This document shows, piece by piece, positions 28,267 to 36,351 of a stretch of 64,000 nt of DNA. Below the pieces are notes generated by a model. It made no database searches and had not been told where the DNA came from. It saw nothing but the letters and a program-made list of their open reading frames with translations. Origin of the DNA: Vicinamibacterales bacterium (GTDB lineage Bacteria > Acidobacteriota > Vicinamibacteria > Vicinamibacterales > UBA2999); the NCBI GenBank assembly GCA_035495795.1, contig DATJFF010000080.1:875-64874 (forward strand), written 5' to 3'. Positions within the stretch are counted from its first letter, which is position 1. Each line of letters begins with the position of its first letter. Position numbers and translations under genes: made by a program.

Positions 28267-31200
28267 TCACCGCCAGTCGCCGGCCGCGACGAAGGCCGCC
28301 CAGAAGAACGGATGCGTGCTCAAGCCGCGGGCGCGGCGATCCCGGAGCACGCTCAGGCTGGCCTGGTGTACCGCGTCGGCGGTGGAGAGGTGGCGCTGGA
28401 AGCGGCCCTCGTACAACGCGCGCATCCAGGCGCGGGTCGACTGATCCTCGACCGACCACAGGCTCATGATCACGGTCCGCGCGCCGGCGACCTGGAACGC
28501 GCGGCGGAGCCCGAAGACCCCCTCGCCGGCTTTGATTTCGCCGACGCCGGTGTCGCAGGCGGAGAGGACCGCCCACTGTACACCTCGAAGATCGAGCGAC
28601 GAGACCTCTTCGGCAGTGAGAATTCCGTCGTCCTGATCAGGAGATGCCTGCGCGCGTAAATTGGCGCCAGCAAGCGCCAGGCCCGAGAGCCGCAGCGGAT
28701 TCTGCACCGGCACAGATGACGACAGTCCTCCGACGCCCCTTCGTCCCGAAGGCGCAGGTGTCGTCGCCGAGCACATGTCCTCAACGAAGAAACCATGAGT
28801 GGCAAGGTGCAAGACGAGATGGTTGCCGGCTGAGCCCTTGACGGCGCGCTCGGTGGCGTCGACTCCGGTGAGCAGTAGGGCCGACTTGCTCTCGAGGCCA
28901 GCATTGGCCCAGATGCGAGCGAGGTCTCGGACTTCGTCGAGCGTGGCTGCCAGTGGCTCGAAGCGGTGTTGCCGCAATCCATCACATGAAGATGGCGCTG
29001 TGCGCAACGCGGAGGGCCGTGGGGTTTCACGAGACGCCGGTAATGGCGCTGCGGAGGCAGTTCCCAATCGATCGAAGGCCGGACCGCCGACCGCAAGCAG
29101 ACCTTCGGGTGCACGGTACGGCTGGACAGGCGCCAACACAACGTCGCGCTCAGCGGTCAGGTAATGAATCGGAGGTCCTTGCTCGAGCAGGTAGACGCCG
29201 GAACCGGCGGGGAGCGCCGCGAACGGAACCAGTCCGAGAACTCCGTCCGCGACCACCAGAACCGTCGACGCCCCCGACAGGTGAGCACTCACCGGGTCCC
29301 AGACAAGGGATCTCAATGCGAGACCGGAATTTTGAGACGAGAGGGAAGGTTGTCCAGAGTTGGGCGACGCGGAGAGTGCCTCGGCGGCGACATCGGAGCG
29401 CCACCGGGCCACACGAGCCTCGACCTCTGCTGCATTTCCAATCCTGACCGCGATCGGCGTCCCTGACGAACGAAGGACGAACGCCATGTAGGAAGGCGTT
29501 TCCATCTCGTCGCTCTTCTCGTCGCCCTGTTCGTGATGAGGTGTCGCACGCAGGCGCAGCTGCTGATAGCGAACGAAGGAGACGAGGACGACTCCAGCTG
29601 GTAGCGCTTTCGCCACATCGCCGAGCCCTGTCTGAGCACGGTCGCGCTCTACCCGAAACTCCGCATTGGCCTCGGCCAACCGGCGCTCAGTGCGCTCGCG
29701 ATCCTCTCGTGCGGCGGTCAGCAATTGTTCATAGCGCTGACGCGGCATGGCGCCGGCCCCCTGCACGATCAGGCCAGCAATGCGTTGCTGGGCCTTCGCC
29801 AGGTCGGAGGCCAGAGTCACCATCGCCGGGCCCGCCGCCGGCGATAATCGAAGCCGCGTCGAGATTTCGTCCAGCACAAGGGCGCGTCCGCGAATCACGG
29901 CATCGAAGCTGTCGGTGATCTCGGCCCGGTTTGCGCCAGCCAACGAGAGCATGACGTCGAGTCCGCGGGGTCGAACCGAGGCATAGGCGAGCGCCTGGCG
30001 TTCCGGGAGCGCCCGAAGCATCAGCCGCAGGTGTTCTCGGCCGACTGCTTCCGTCTTGCGAGCCGCGGTGATGGCTTCGGACCGTCGCGCCGATCGAGCT
30101 AGGGTGCGAGCCAAAGATAGTTGGATTTGTGCGGTTTCCGGATGAGTCGTTCCCAGAACACGCTCATCGATCGCCAGCGCCAGGTGATAGTCGCGCGTTG
30201 ATGCCGACAGATCGCCGCGCCCGGCTTCGAGCTCGGCGGCGAGAGCGAGTGTCGCGGCGTGCCGTTGGTCGTCCGGACTTCCAGCCGCAGTCCAGATTCG
30301 TCGGGCCTGACCGGACAGCTCAGCCGCCTCGATGCTTTTCCCGAGCTGCAGGTAACACTGTGCTAATTCCGTCAGCGTTTCGGCTATGGCCCCGCCTTCA
30401 GTGGTCGAGCTCTGCTGGTATGTGGACAAAACGCGCTCGAGTAGCGGAACGGCGTCGCTCGGCGACCCCTGGTGGCGGATGACAATCGCCTGGGCGAGCA
30501 GCGCCTGTGCAACAAAGGGATGGCTCGGGCCGCGGAGGGATTCCCAGACGCGCGCGGCGCGGTCGTACTCGCCGCGAGAGGATTCGTAGTCCCCAAGGCT
30601 GGCATCGACAAGAGCCAGGTTGTAGGCGGCGGTCGCGACCGCATCGTGGTTCGGGCCAAATTGCCCTTCGCGAATGGTCAGATAGCGATCGTAGAGGCGA
30701 CGTGCCTCGGTGTAGTCGCCGAGCAGGAATGTGGCATTGGCGAGGTCGTTGAGGTGCTCGGCGATGGCTGGATGGGAAGCTCCCAAGGCCCGCTGTGCGA
30801 GATCCAGGGATCGAGCGCCGAGATCGTGTGCGGTCTGTATGTCCCAAAGCTCGAGGTGAGCCGCGGCCAGCCGACGAAGACACTCAGCAATCGCCGGATG
30901 CTCTGTCCTCAGGGAGCGTTCGGCCAAAGCCAACGCACGATCGGCATTGTCTTTCGCCTCGACAAACCGACCGTTGGCCCAGTCGTTGTCCGAGAGGAGA
31001 GAGAGCGTGCCGATGTAGTCGGGATGTTCTTCGTCGCGGCCGCGACGAAGTTGCAATACTCGATCAACTACAGGTCCTGCGTCACCGACTCGACCCCGAC
31101 GCAACAACGCGAGTGCAAGCACTTCGTGGCTGCGAGCCTGCTCTCGCCGTTCCGCCGCGCCTTCTTTGACTGCCACCGCTCGGTTTGCGGTCTCAACCGC

Positions 31201-31722
31201 TTCGTCGTATCGGCTCGCCTCGCGCAAGGCAGTGCTGAGGCGATCGAGGGCACGGCCCCGCAGGACCCGATCTATTCCACTCGATTGGTCCTGGAGTTCT
31301 GTGACCCGGGTAAAGACTTCGATCGCGCGTAGCGGCTGGCCTTGCGCCCGAAGCACCTCACCAAGGGTTTGCAGAGAGGAAATCGAGTCCGGGTGCCGCT
31401 CACCGAGACGGCTCGTCCTCGCGTTCAGCGACCGCTCCGCGATCACCAGGGTTTCCGGTGACGCGCCCATACCATTGGCGATCAGTGCCTGAACCAGAAC
31501 GTCGCTTGCCTTGGCGAGGTCCAATGCTCCGCCGGATTGGCTCTGCAAGGAATCGACCAGCGACCGCGCCGCGCCGGTCGCCGCGTTGAACTGTCCCTGA
31601 TCGAGAAGCGCGGCCACGTCGTCCAAACCGCGACGCAGTTCGGGCGCACGACTGCCGCTCGGCGTCCCGCAGGCGGCCACCGCACATGTGAGCCAGAGGA
31701 CAACAGCGAAACGCTTCCGCAC
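28267..31722 (-). CDS. lipoprotein with long TPR region and C-terminal CHAT (caspase-like) protease domain
   Basis: GTG start; lipobox WLTCAVAACG; about 600 aa of TPR-like repeats (LGEVLRAQGQPLRAIEVF, LSLLSDNDWANGRFVEAKDNADRALAL and others); C-terminal LVLHLATHGFF ... WAVLSACDTGVGE ... HPFFWAAFVAAGDWR. Confidence 0.85.
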   Translation of the reverse strand: MRKRFAVVLWLTCAVAACGTPSGSRAPELRRGLDDVAALLDQGQFNAATGAARSLVDSLQSQSGGALDLAKASDVLVQALIANGMGASPETLVIAERSLNARTSRLGERHPDSISSLQTLGEVLRAQGQPLRAIEVFTRVTELQDQSSGIDRVLRGRALDRLSTALREASRYDEAVETANRAVAVKEGAAERREQARSHEVLALALLRRGRVGDAGPVVDRVLQLRRGRDEEHPDYIGTLSLLSDNDWANGRFVEAKDNADRALALAERSLRTEHPAIAECLRRLAAAHLELWDIQTAHDLGARSLDLAQRALGASHPAIAEHLNDLANATFLLGDYTEARRLYDRYLTIREGQFGPNHDAVATAAYNLALVDASLGDYESSRGEYDRAARVWESLRGPSHPFVAQALLAQAIVIRHQGSPSDAVPLLERVLSTYQQSSTTEGGAIAETLTELAQCYLQLGKSIEAAELSGQARRIWTAAGSPDDQRHAATLALAAELEAGRGDLSASTRDYHLALAIDERVLGTTHPETAQIQLSLARTLARSARRSEAITAARKTEAVGREHLRLMLRALPERQALAYASVRPRGLDVMLSLAGANRAEITDSFDAVIRGRALVLDEISTRLRLSPAAGPAMVTLASDLAKAQQRIAGLIVQGAGAMPRQRYEQLLTAAREDRERTERRLAEANAEFRVERDRAQTGLGDVAKALPAGVVLVSFVRYQQLRLRATPHHEQGDEKSDEMETPSYMAFVLRSSGTPIAVRIGNAAEVEARVARWRSDVAAEALSASPNSGQPSLSSQNSGLALRSLVWDPVSAHLSGASTVLVVADGVLGLVPFAALPAGSGVYLLEQGPPIHYLTAERDVVLAPVQPYRAPEGLLAVGGPAFDRLGTASAAPLPASRETPRPSALRTAPSSCDGLRQHRFEPLAATLDEVRDLARIWANAGLESKSALLLTGVDATERAVKGSAGNHLVLHLATHGFFVEDMCSATTPAPSGRRGVGGLSSSVPVQNPLRLSGLALAGANLRAQASPDQDDGILTAEEVSSLDLRGVQWAVLSACDTGVGEIKAGEGVFGLRRAFQVAGARTVIMSLWSVEDQSTRAWMRALYEGRFQRHLSTADAVHQASLSVLRDRRARGLSTHPFFWAAFVAAGDWR

Positions 31723-31776
31723 GTCATTCGGCCGGCGTTCTCACGCTGGCCACCTTGTGAGGCCGAACCTAACCGG

Positions 31777-32139
31777 CTATCTGCGAGGCGGCTTCCCTCC
31801 AGAGGGTGAGTTCGACTCCGCCGGAACTTGCGTTCCCGCGTCCCCGCTCGCGGCCCGTGGTTCTTCCTTGTTTGTCTGCTGTTTCTTCGAGCGCTCCTGC
31901 TGCTGTCGTTGGTCAACGAGGCGCCGGAGTTCTGCCATTGCCAGCCGCTGGCCCTGGCATGCTCCGGACCGCGCCGATCCATCTCCGCACAGTGGAGCGA
32001 CGACAGCCACGACAAGCATGCCGCACAGATTGGAGGCGCTCTGCAGGATGCCGCTGGCGACATCGGCGCAGTGTCCCTGCTGAGCGGCAGGAGGTGCCGC
32101 ACCCGCGAAACCCTTCTCCCCAGACTTCGGTCCCGGCAT
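31777..32139 (-). CDS. hypothetical 120-aa Cys-rich protein
   Basis: ATG preceded by AAAGGGAG 8 nt upstream; sits 39 nt after the C11 gene and 54 nt before the CHAT gene on the same strand; four Cys (HCADV..NLCGMLVVAVVAPLCGDGSARSGAC), then a charged tail ELRRLVDQRQQQERSKKQQ; no family recognised. Confidence 0.4.
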   Translation of the reverse strand: MPGPKSGEKGFAGAAPPAAQQGHCADVASGILQSASNLCGMLVVAVVAPLCGDGSARSGACQGQRLAMAELRRLVDQRQQQERSKKQQTNKEEPRAASGDAGTQVPAESNSPSGGKPPRR

Positions 32140-32178
32140 TGTCCGCTCCCTTTCAATCCGTTGGATGTTTCGTTGGAC

Positions 32179-33354
32179 TCAATTCGTCAACGCAAGCGCT
32201 CGCACCAGCTGAGGCCAAACCGTTCGATCGGCAAACGAGAATTTCCCGTAGAAGGATGCCGCCGCAACGACATCGTGATCGTCGGCGACATTGGGAGCGT
32301 ACAGGCTGACGCCGTGCAGACCGGCGCACTCACAGGAGTTGCGGCCGTTTTCAACGATGAAGGGTTGGTAGAGGCCCTGGGCGCTCGCCTTTGGCCCTTC
32401 ACCCGTTGGGCTCAGCAAGCTGTCTCCGAGCGCCAGGGCGGCAGCTCTGACTTCGTCCGAGCAACTATCCCTGACAAGTTGAGCGCAAAGATCGAGCACG
32501 TCCACAAACGGCTGACCTGGCGCGGTCTGGGCAGACCGGAACAGCTGATTGATCGTTGAGATTTCATCCGCGTTGTCGTCCATGCTGACGATCAGTTCGC
32601 GGGCGAGTCGGTCAGTCAATTGCACGAGATCGTCGGCATGACTCAACTCGAGATGGGTCAGCGTGACCGGGCGTTCCAGCGCTCGATAGTGTTCGCAGTA
32701 CCGGCGAACCGCGTAAGCGCCCAACTCCGCCGGTCCCATGATGCGATCGCCTTCAGGCTTTGCCAGGCGGCCGAGAATCGCTGTGTACGGCCAGCCGGGC
32801 AAGGGCACGCCAATCTGCGATGCGAGCAGGAATCTGGCGAAGGGCTCGAGTTGACAGGCGACCTCGATGGTGGCCAGCGCGCACGCATCGAAGGCCACGA
32901 TATCCAGCTTGTGACTCTTCGACTTGGGCTTTCGCTCCTTCGAGCCCTTGAGGACGTTGGCCAGTTCGGCGAAGTCCAGCGCATCGATGCCGAATCGAGT
33001 CTCGACCGGCGCGAACGCGAAATCGTAGGCGTGACCCCACAACACCAGCATGGTGTAGTGATCGGGCTCACCGCGGTAGGTGCTCGTCGCGGCGTGGATG
33101 AACGACTCCAGCGCCGCACCGCTGGCGAACGATTCGGGAGCGAACGCGGGCTGCTCCTCTGGCACCAGGTTGTTCTTTTCCACCCGGAATCGATCGGCAA
33201 CGCCTGCACCGTGACGTTCGACCCATATCTCCAGATCGCTGCTGGAAGGTATCTGCTTCAGTTCGGCGATGTCGGCGTCGGCCTCCCGCTCGAGCGAGAG
33301 ATTGCCCTCGACGCCTTCGGCGCCCATGAAGATCATCACAGTCCACTTCGCCAC
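32179..33354 (-). CDS. clostripain-like (peptidase C11 family) cysteine protease, no signal peptide
   Basis: GTG start with GGAGGG upstream; N-terminus AKWTVMIFMGAEG, candidate catalytic His in MLVLWGHAYDF and Cys in LDIVAFDACALATIE, as in C11 peptidases. Confidence 0.7.
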   Translation of the reverse strand: MAKWTVMIFMGAEGVEGNLSLEREADADIAELKQIPSSSDLEIWVERHGAGVADRFRVEKNNLVPEEQPAFAPESFASGAALESFIHAATSTYRGEPDHYTMLVLWGHAYDFAFAPVETRFGIDALDFAELANVLKGSKERKPKSKSHKLDIVAFDACALATIEVACQLEPFARFLLASQIGVPLPGWPYTAILGRLAKPEGDRIMGPAELGAYAVRRYCEHYRALERPVTLTHLELSHADDLVQLTDRLARELIVSMDDNADEISTINQLFRSAQTAPGQPFVDVLDLCAQLVRDSCSDEVRAAALALGDSLLSPTGEGPKASAQGLYQPFIVENGRNSCECAGLHGVSLYAPNVADDHDVVAAASFYGKFSFADRTVWPQLVRALALTN

Positions 33355-33552
33355 GGTTCCCTCCAGTCGACTGAAGCCGAACGCGAATCACCACGGCGGG
33401 CGACCGCCGGCGCGGGGTCTGGAGTCTAGCTCAGGCCTTCCACCAACGAAAGGCGAACCCCAAGCGTAAAGAACGTCTGGGGCAGATGGATCGAACAGAC
33501 CGTGCCGGTTCGATTACCACCGGTCCGACGTTTGTGACTGAGTAGGCGTATT

Positions 33553-34227
33553 ATGAGCACCGCTACCCTCTCCTTCGGCCGACTGCCCTATATGGACGAC
33601 GCCAGCTCGGCTGGCCATCGTGTCGTTCGACCCTCGCCCGACCCGCCGTCGGCGGCAGAGGCCACGTACGATCTGGTCCAGAGGGTCCGCGCCGGTGACG
33701 CCACCGCGGCCGACATCCTCTTCGGCCGCTATGAGACCCGCCTCCGCCGCTGGGCCCACGGCCGGCTCCCCGCCCAGGCCCGCGGCGCCCACGACACCCA
33801 GGACCTCGTCCAGGAAACGCTCGTTCGCGTGTTCAACCGGCTCCCGAAGTTCGAGCCCCGCCACCCCGGCGCCTTCCGCGACTACGTCTGGACCACCATG
33901 TGGAACGCCGTCCGCGACCTGGCGCGCAAATACAAACGGCGCGGACCGGCCGATCCCCTCGACGCGCATGAGCTGGCTGCCGCCGATCCCTCGCCCCTCG
34001 AGGAGGCCATCGGCGCCGAGGCCCTGGACCGCTACGACACCGCCATGGAGCGACTTCGCCCCGAGGATCGCGAGGCCATCATCATGCGGATCGAGCTGGG
34101 CCTGTCACACGCTGAGATCATGGAGGCCCTGGGCAAGCCGAGCGTCGCCGCCGCCCACATGGCCGTCAGCCGCGCGCTCGTCCGGCTGGCACAGGAGATG
34201 GCCCATGCCCACGTCCAGCCGCGCTGA
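33553..34227 (+). CDS. ECF sigma-70 family RNA polymerase sigma factor
   Basis: Region 2: DTQDLVQETLVRVFNRLPKFEP...FRDYVWTTMWNAVRDLARK; region 4: LRPEDREAIIMRIELGLSHAEIMEALGKPSVAAAHMAVSRALVRL. Confidence 0.8.
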   Translation: MSTATLSFGRLPYMDDASSAGHRVVRPSPDPPSAAEATYDLVQRVRAGDATAADILFGRYETRLRRWAHGRLPAQARGAHDTQDLVQETLVRVFNRLPKFEPRHPGAFRDYVWTTMWNAVRDLARKYKRRGPADPLDAHELAAADPSPLEEAIGAEALDRYDTAMERLRPEDREAIIMRIELGLSHAEIMEALGKPSVAAAHMAVSRALVRLAQEMAHAHVQPR

Positions 34228-35935
34228 CGAGAACGGCGTGCTCTCCGTCGCCAACGCCATCGCGCTCGGAGAGGGCGTGGACTGGGATGCTGCCAATCGC
34301 ACCACCGCCGAACCGGACCTCGTCAGCCAGCTGCGCGTCATCGACACCGTCGCGCAGCTCGGCGATCGCATCCCCGACACCTGGGGCCGCCTGACCATCG
34401 CCGGCGAGCTCGGTCGCGGATCGCACGGCACCGTCTATCGAGCCCACGACCCGCATCTCGGCATCGACATCGCGCTCAAGGTCGTCAAGCCCGGCGGTCA
34501 CGGCGGCAGCGCGATCGTCGCCCGCGCCTTGAACGAAGCGCGAATGCTGGCGCAGATCAACCATCAGAACGTGGTCCGCGTCTTCTGGGCCGAGCCGCTC
34601 GGCGACGAGGTCGGCGTGGCCATGGAGATCGTCGACGGCCGCACCCTGCGCGACATCGTTCGCCAGCGCTTCCCGCTGCCGGTGAACGAGGTGGTTTCAA
34701 TTGGCTTGGACGTGTGCCGGGCGCTTACCGCAGTGCACGGCCAGCGCATGCTTCACGGCGACATCAAGGCCGGCAACGTCATGCGGACCGCCGAGGGACG
34801 CACGGTGCTGATGGACTTCGGCGTCGGCCAGGATCTCAAGGTCGAGGACCCGCCGTCGCTGAGAACCGCCGGCACCCCGTTATACCTGGCGCCCGAGCTC
34901 TTCGAAGGACACCCGCGCACGCCGCAGGCCGACATCTACAGCACTGGCGTCCTCCTCTATCACCTCGCCACCGACGCGTACCCGGTGGACGCGCACGACG
35001 CCATCGGGGTCGAACGGCACCACGCTGAGCGCCGGCCGATGCGGCCGATCCGAGAGCTGAGGCCCGATCTCCCCAGGACATTCGTCGCCGCGGTCGAACG
35101 TGCAATCGCGCGCCGTCCCGCCGATCGCCACCAGTCGGCCGTCGAGTTCGCGGACGCGCTGGAGAAGGTCATCAGGCCACAGCAATCCTGGCAGACGCAT
35201 GTCAAAGAGCTGCTTCCCGCGGTTGCCGCGGTGCTGGTGGCGGTGGCTGCTTTTCTCGCCTGGCCACGCGGCGGCGCCAATACCGCGGCCAGCAACGCCC
35301 CGAGCACAGCGACGGGTTCAGCGGCCGTGGCACCTGCGTCGCCAGCGCCCCCGACGGCCGCGGACGGTTACCGCATCGATGCCGCGTTCTATCGGCTCCA
35401 GGGCGAAACCGACGTGCGGCTGGAGCCTGGCGCCCGCGTGTCGGAAGGCGACGCCATCTCGCTGAAGATCCAGAGCTCGGTCCCCGTCTACGCCTATGTC
35501 GTCAACGAAGATGAGCAGGGCGAGTCGTACCTGCTGTTTCCGCTGCCCGATCAGCCTGTGGCCAACCCGCTGCCCGCCGGCAAGACCCACGTAATTCCCG
35601 GCGTCATCGGCCGCGAACAGGTCCGGTGGGTTGTGTCGAGCGCCGGCGGCCGCGAGCACTTCCTCATCTTCGTGATGCCCGACAAACCGGCGCCGATGTT
35701 CGACAAGATGTTCGCCAGCCTGCCGGCACCGAGCTACGGGGCACGCACGCTGGCCCGAAAGCTGTCCGGTGACCAGCTGGTGGCGCTCCGCGGCGTCGGT
35801 GGTCTCACCAAATCGCCGTCGCCGGCCGCCGCCGCCAGGCTCTCGGAGCAGTTCTCCGTGCCGCTGGCCCAGGGCGAGGAAACCGCTCGCGGCGTCTGGA
35901 TTCGCCAGCTCACCGTCGACAATCCACAGAAATAG
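34205..35935 (+). CDS. Ser/Thr protein kinase with TM segment and extracytoplasmic DUF4384-like domain
   Basis: ATG 34205 preceded by AGGAG and overlapping the sigma gene by 23 nt; GRGSHGTVYRA, IALKVV, HGDIKAGNVM, DFGVGQ; TM LLPAVAAVLVAVAAFLAW; GYRIDAAFYRL...GDAISLKIQSSVPVYAYVVNEDEQGESYLLFPLP. Confidence 0.85.
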   Translation: MPTSSRADENGVLSVANAIALGEGVDWDAANRTTAEPDLVSQLRVIDTVAQLGDRIPDTWGRLTIAGELGRGSHGTVYRAHDPHLGIDIALKVVKPGGHGGSAIVARALNEARMLAQINHQNVVRVFWAEPLGDEVGVAMEIVDGRTLRDIVRQRFPLPVNEVVSIGLDVCRALTAVHGQRMLHGDIKAGNVMRTAEGRTVLMDFGVGQDLKVEDPPSLRTAGTPLYLAPELFEGHPRTPQADIYSTGVLLYHLATDAYPVDAHDAIGVERHHAERRPMRPIRELRPDLPRTFVAAVERAIARRPADRHQSAVEFADALEKVIRPQQSWQTHVKELLPAVAAVLVAVAAFLAWPRGGANTAASNAPSTATGSAAVAPASPAPPTAADGYRIDAAFYRLQGETDVRLEPGARVSEGDAISLKIQSSVPVYAYVVNEDEQGESYLLFPLPDQPVANPLPAGKTHVIPGVIGREQVRWVVSSAGGREHFLIFVMPDKPAPMFDKMFASLPAPSYGARTLARKLSGDQLVALRGVGGLTKSPSPAAAARLSEQFSVPLAQGEETARGVWIRQLTVDNPQK

Positions 35936-36014
35936 CCCGGCTCCGCGCGCAACCTTTCGCGCTTCGCCTCCGTCATATGCTTAGACTCTCTAGGCATAGA
36001 CGATCGAGGCATCG

Positions 36015-36347
36015 ATGAGCCGGGACCCTGTCGACTACCTGCACGGCACCCTCGAAACCCTGATTCTCAAGACGCTCACCCGCGGGCCCAACCACGGCTA
36101 CGCGATCGCTCGATGGATTGAAGACGCCATCGACGATGCCTTCCCCGTGGAGGAAGGGTCGCTCTACCCCGCCTTGTACCGAATGGAGAAGAAGGCGTGG
36201 GTCGAGGCGGAATGGGGCACCTCGGAGCTGGGGCGAAGGGTGAAGCTCTATCGCCTCACCCGCGAAGGGCGGCGGCAGCTGGCCAGCGACACCGTCGCAT
36301 GGGCGGCGTTCTCGACCGCGATCACGCGGGTCCTGGCTCGGGGGTAG
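36015..36347 (+). CDS. PadR family transcriptional regulator
   Basis: LHGTLETLILKTLTRGPNHGYAIARWIE...EEGSLYPALYRMEKKAWVEAEWG...VKLYRLTREGRRQL. Confidence 0.9.
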   Translation: MSRDPVDYLHGTLETLILKTLTRGPNHGYAIARWIEDAIDDAFPVEEGSLYPALYRMEKKAWVEAEWGTSELGRRVKLYRLTREGRRQLASDTVAWAAFSTAITRVLARG

Positions 36348-36351
36348 CGTC

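Noticed and set aside
31806-32559. Plus-strand ORFs 31806..32309 and 31828..32559 between and over the protease genes
   Set aside because: They overlap the C11 gene in antisense, lack RBS motifs and have low-complexity Arg/Ser/Pro-rich products. The minus-strand 120-aa ORF with an RBS is the better candidate for this gap.
33415-33480. tRNA-like string tagctcagg (D-loop-like) at 33427-33435
   Set aside because: No matching acceptor stem, anticodon arm or GTTCRANYC T-loop could be built around it. No other tRNA-like T-loops were found in the window by eye.
28267-33552. Calling the GC-poor block a mobile element or genomic island feature
   Set aside because: No integrase, transposase, tRNA attachment site or flanking direct/inverted repeats could be identified. 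It is reported only as a compositional observation.
33620-34204. N-terminal 195 aa of the 771-aa ORF 33620..35935
   Set aside because: This part overlaps the ECF sigma gene in another frame and is Pro/Arg/Ser-rich. The kinase is called from ATG 34205, which has an AGGAG RBS.
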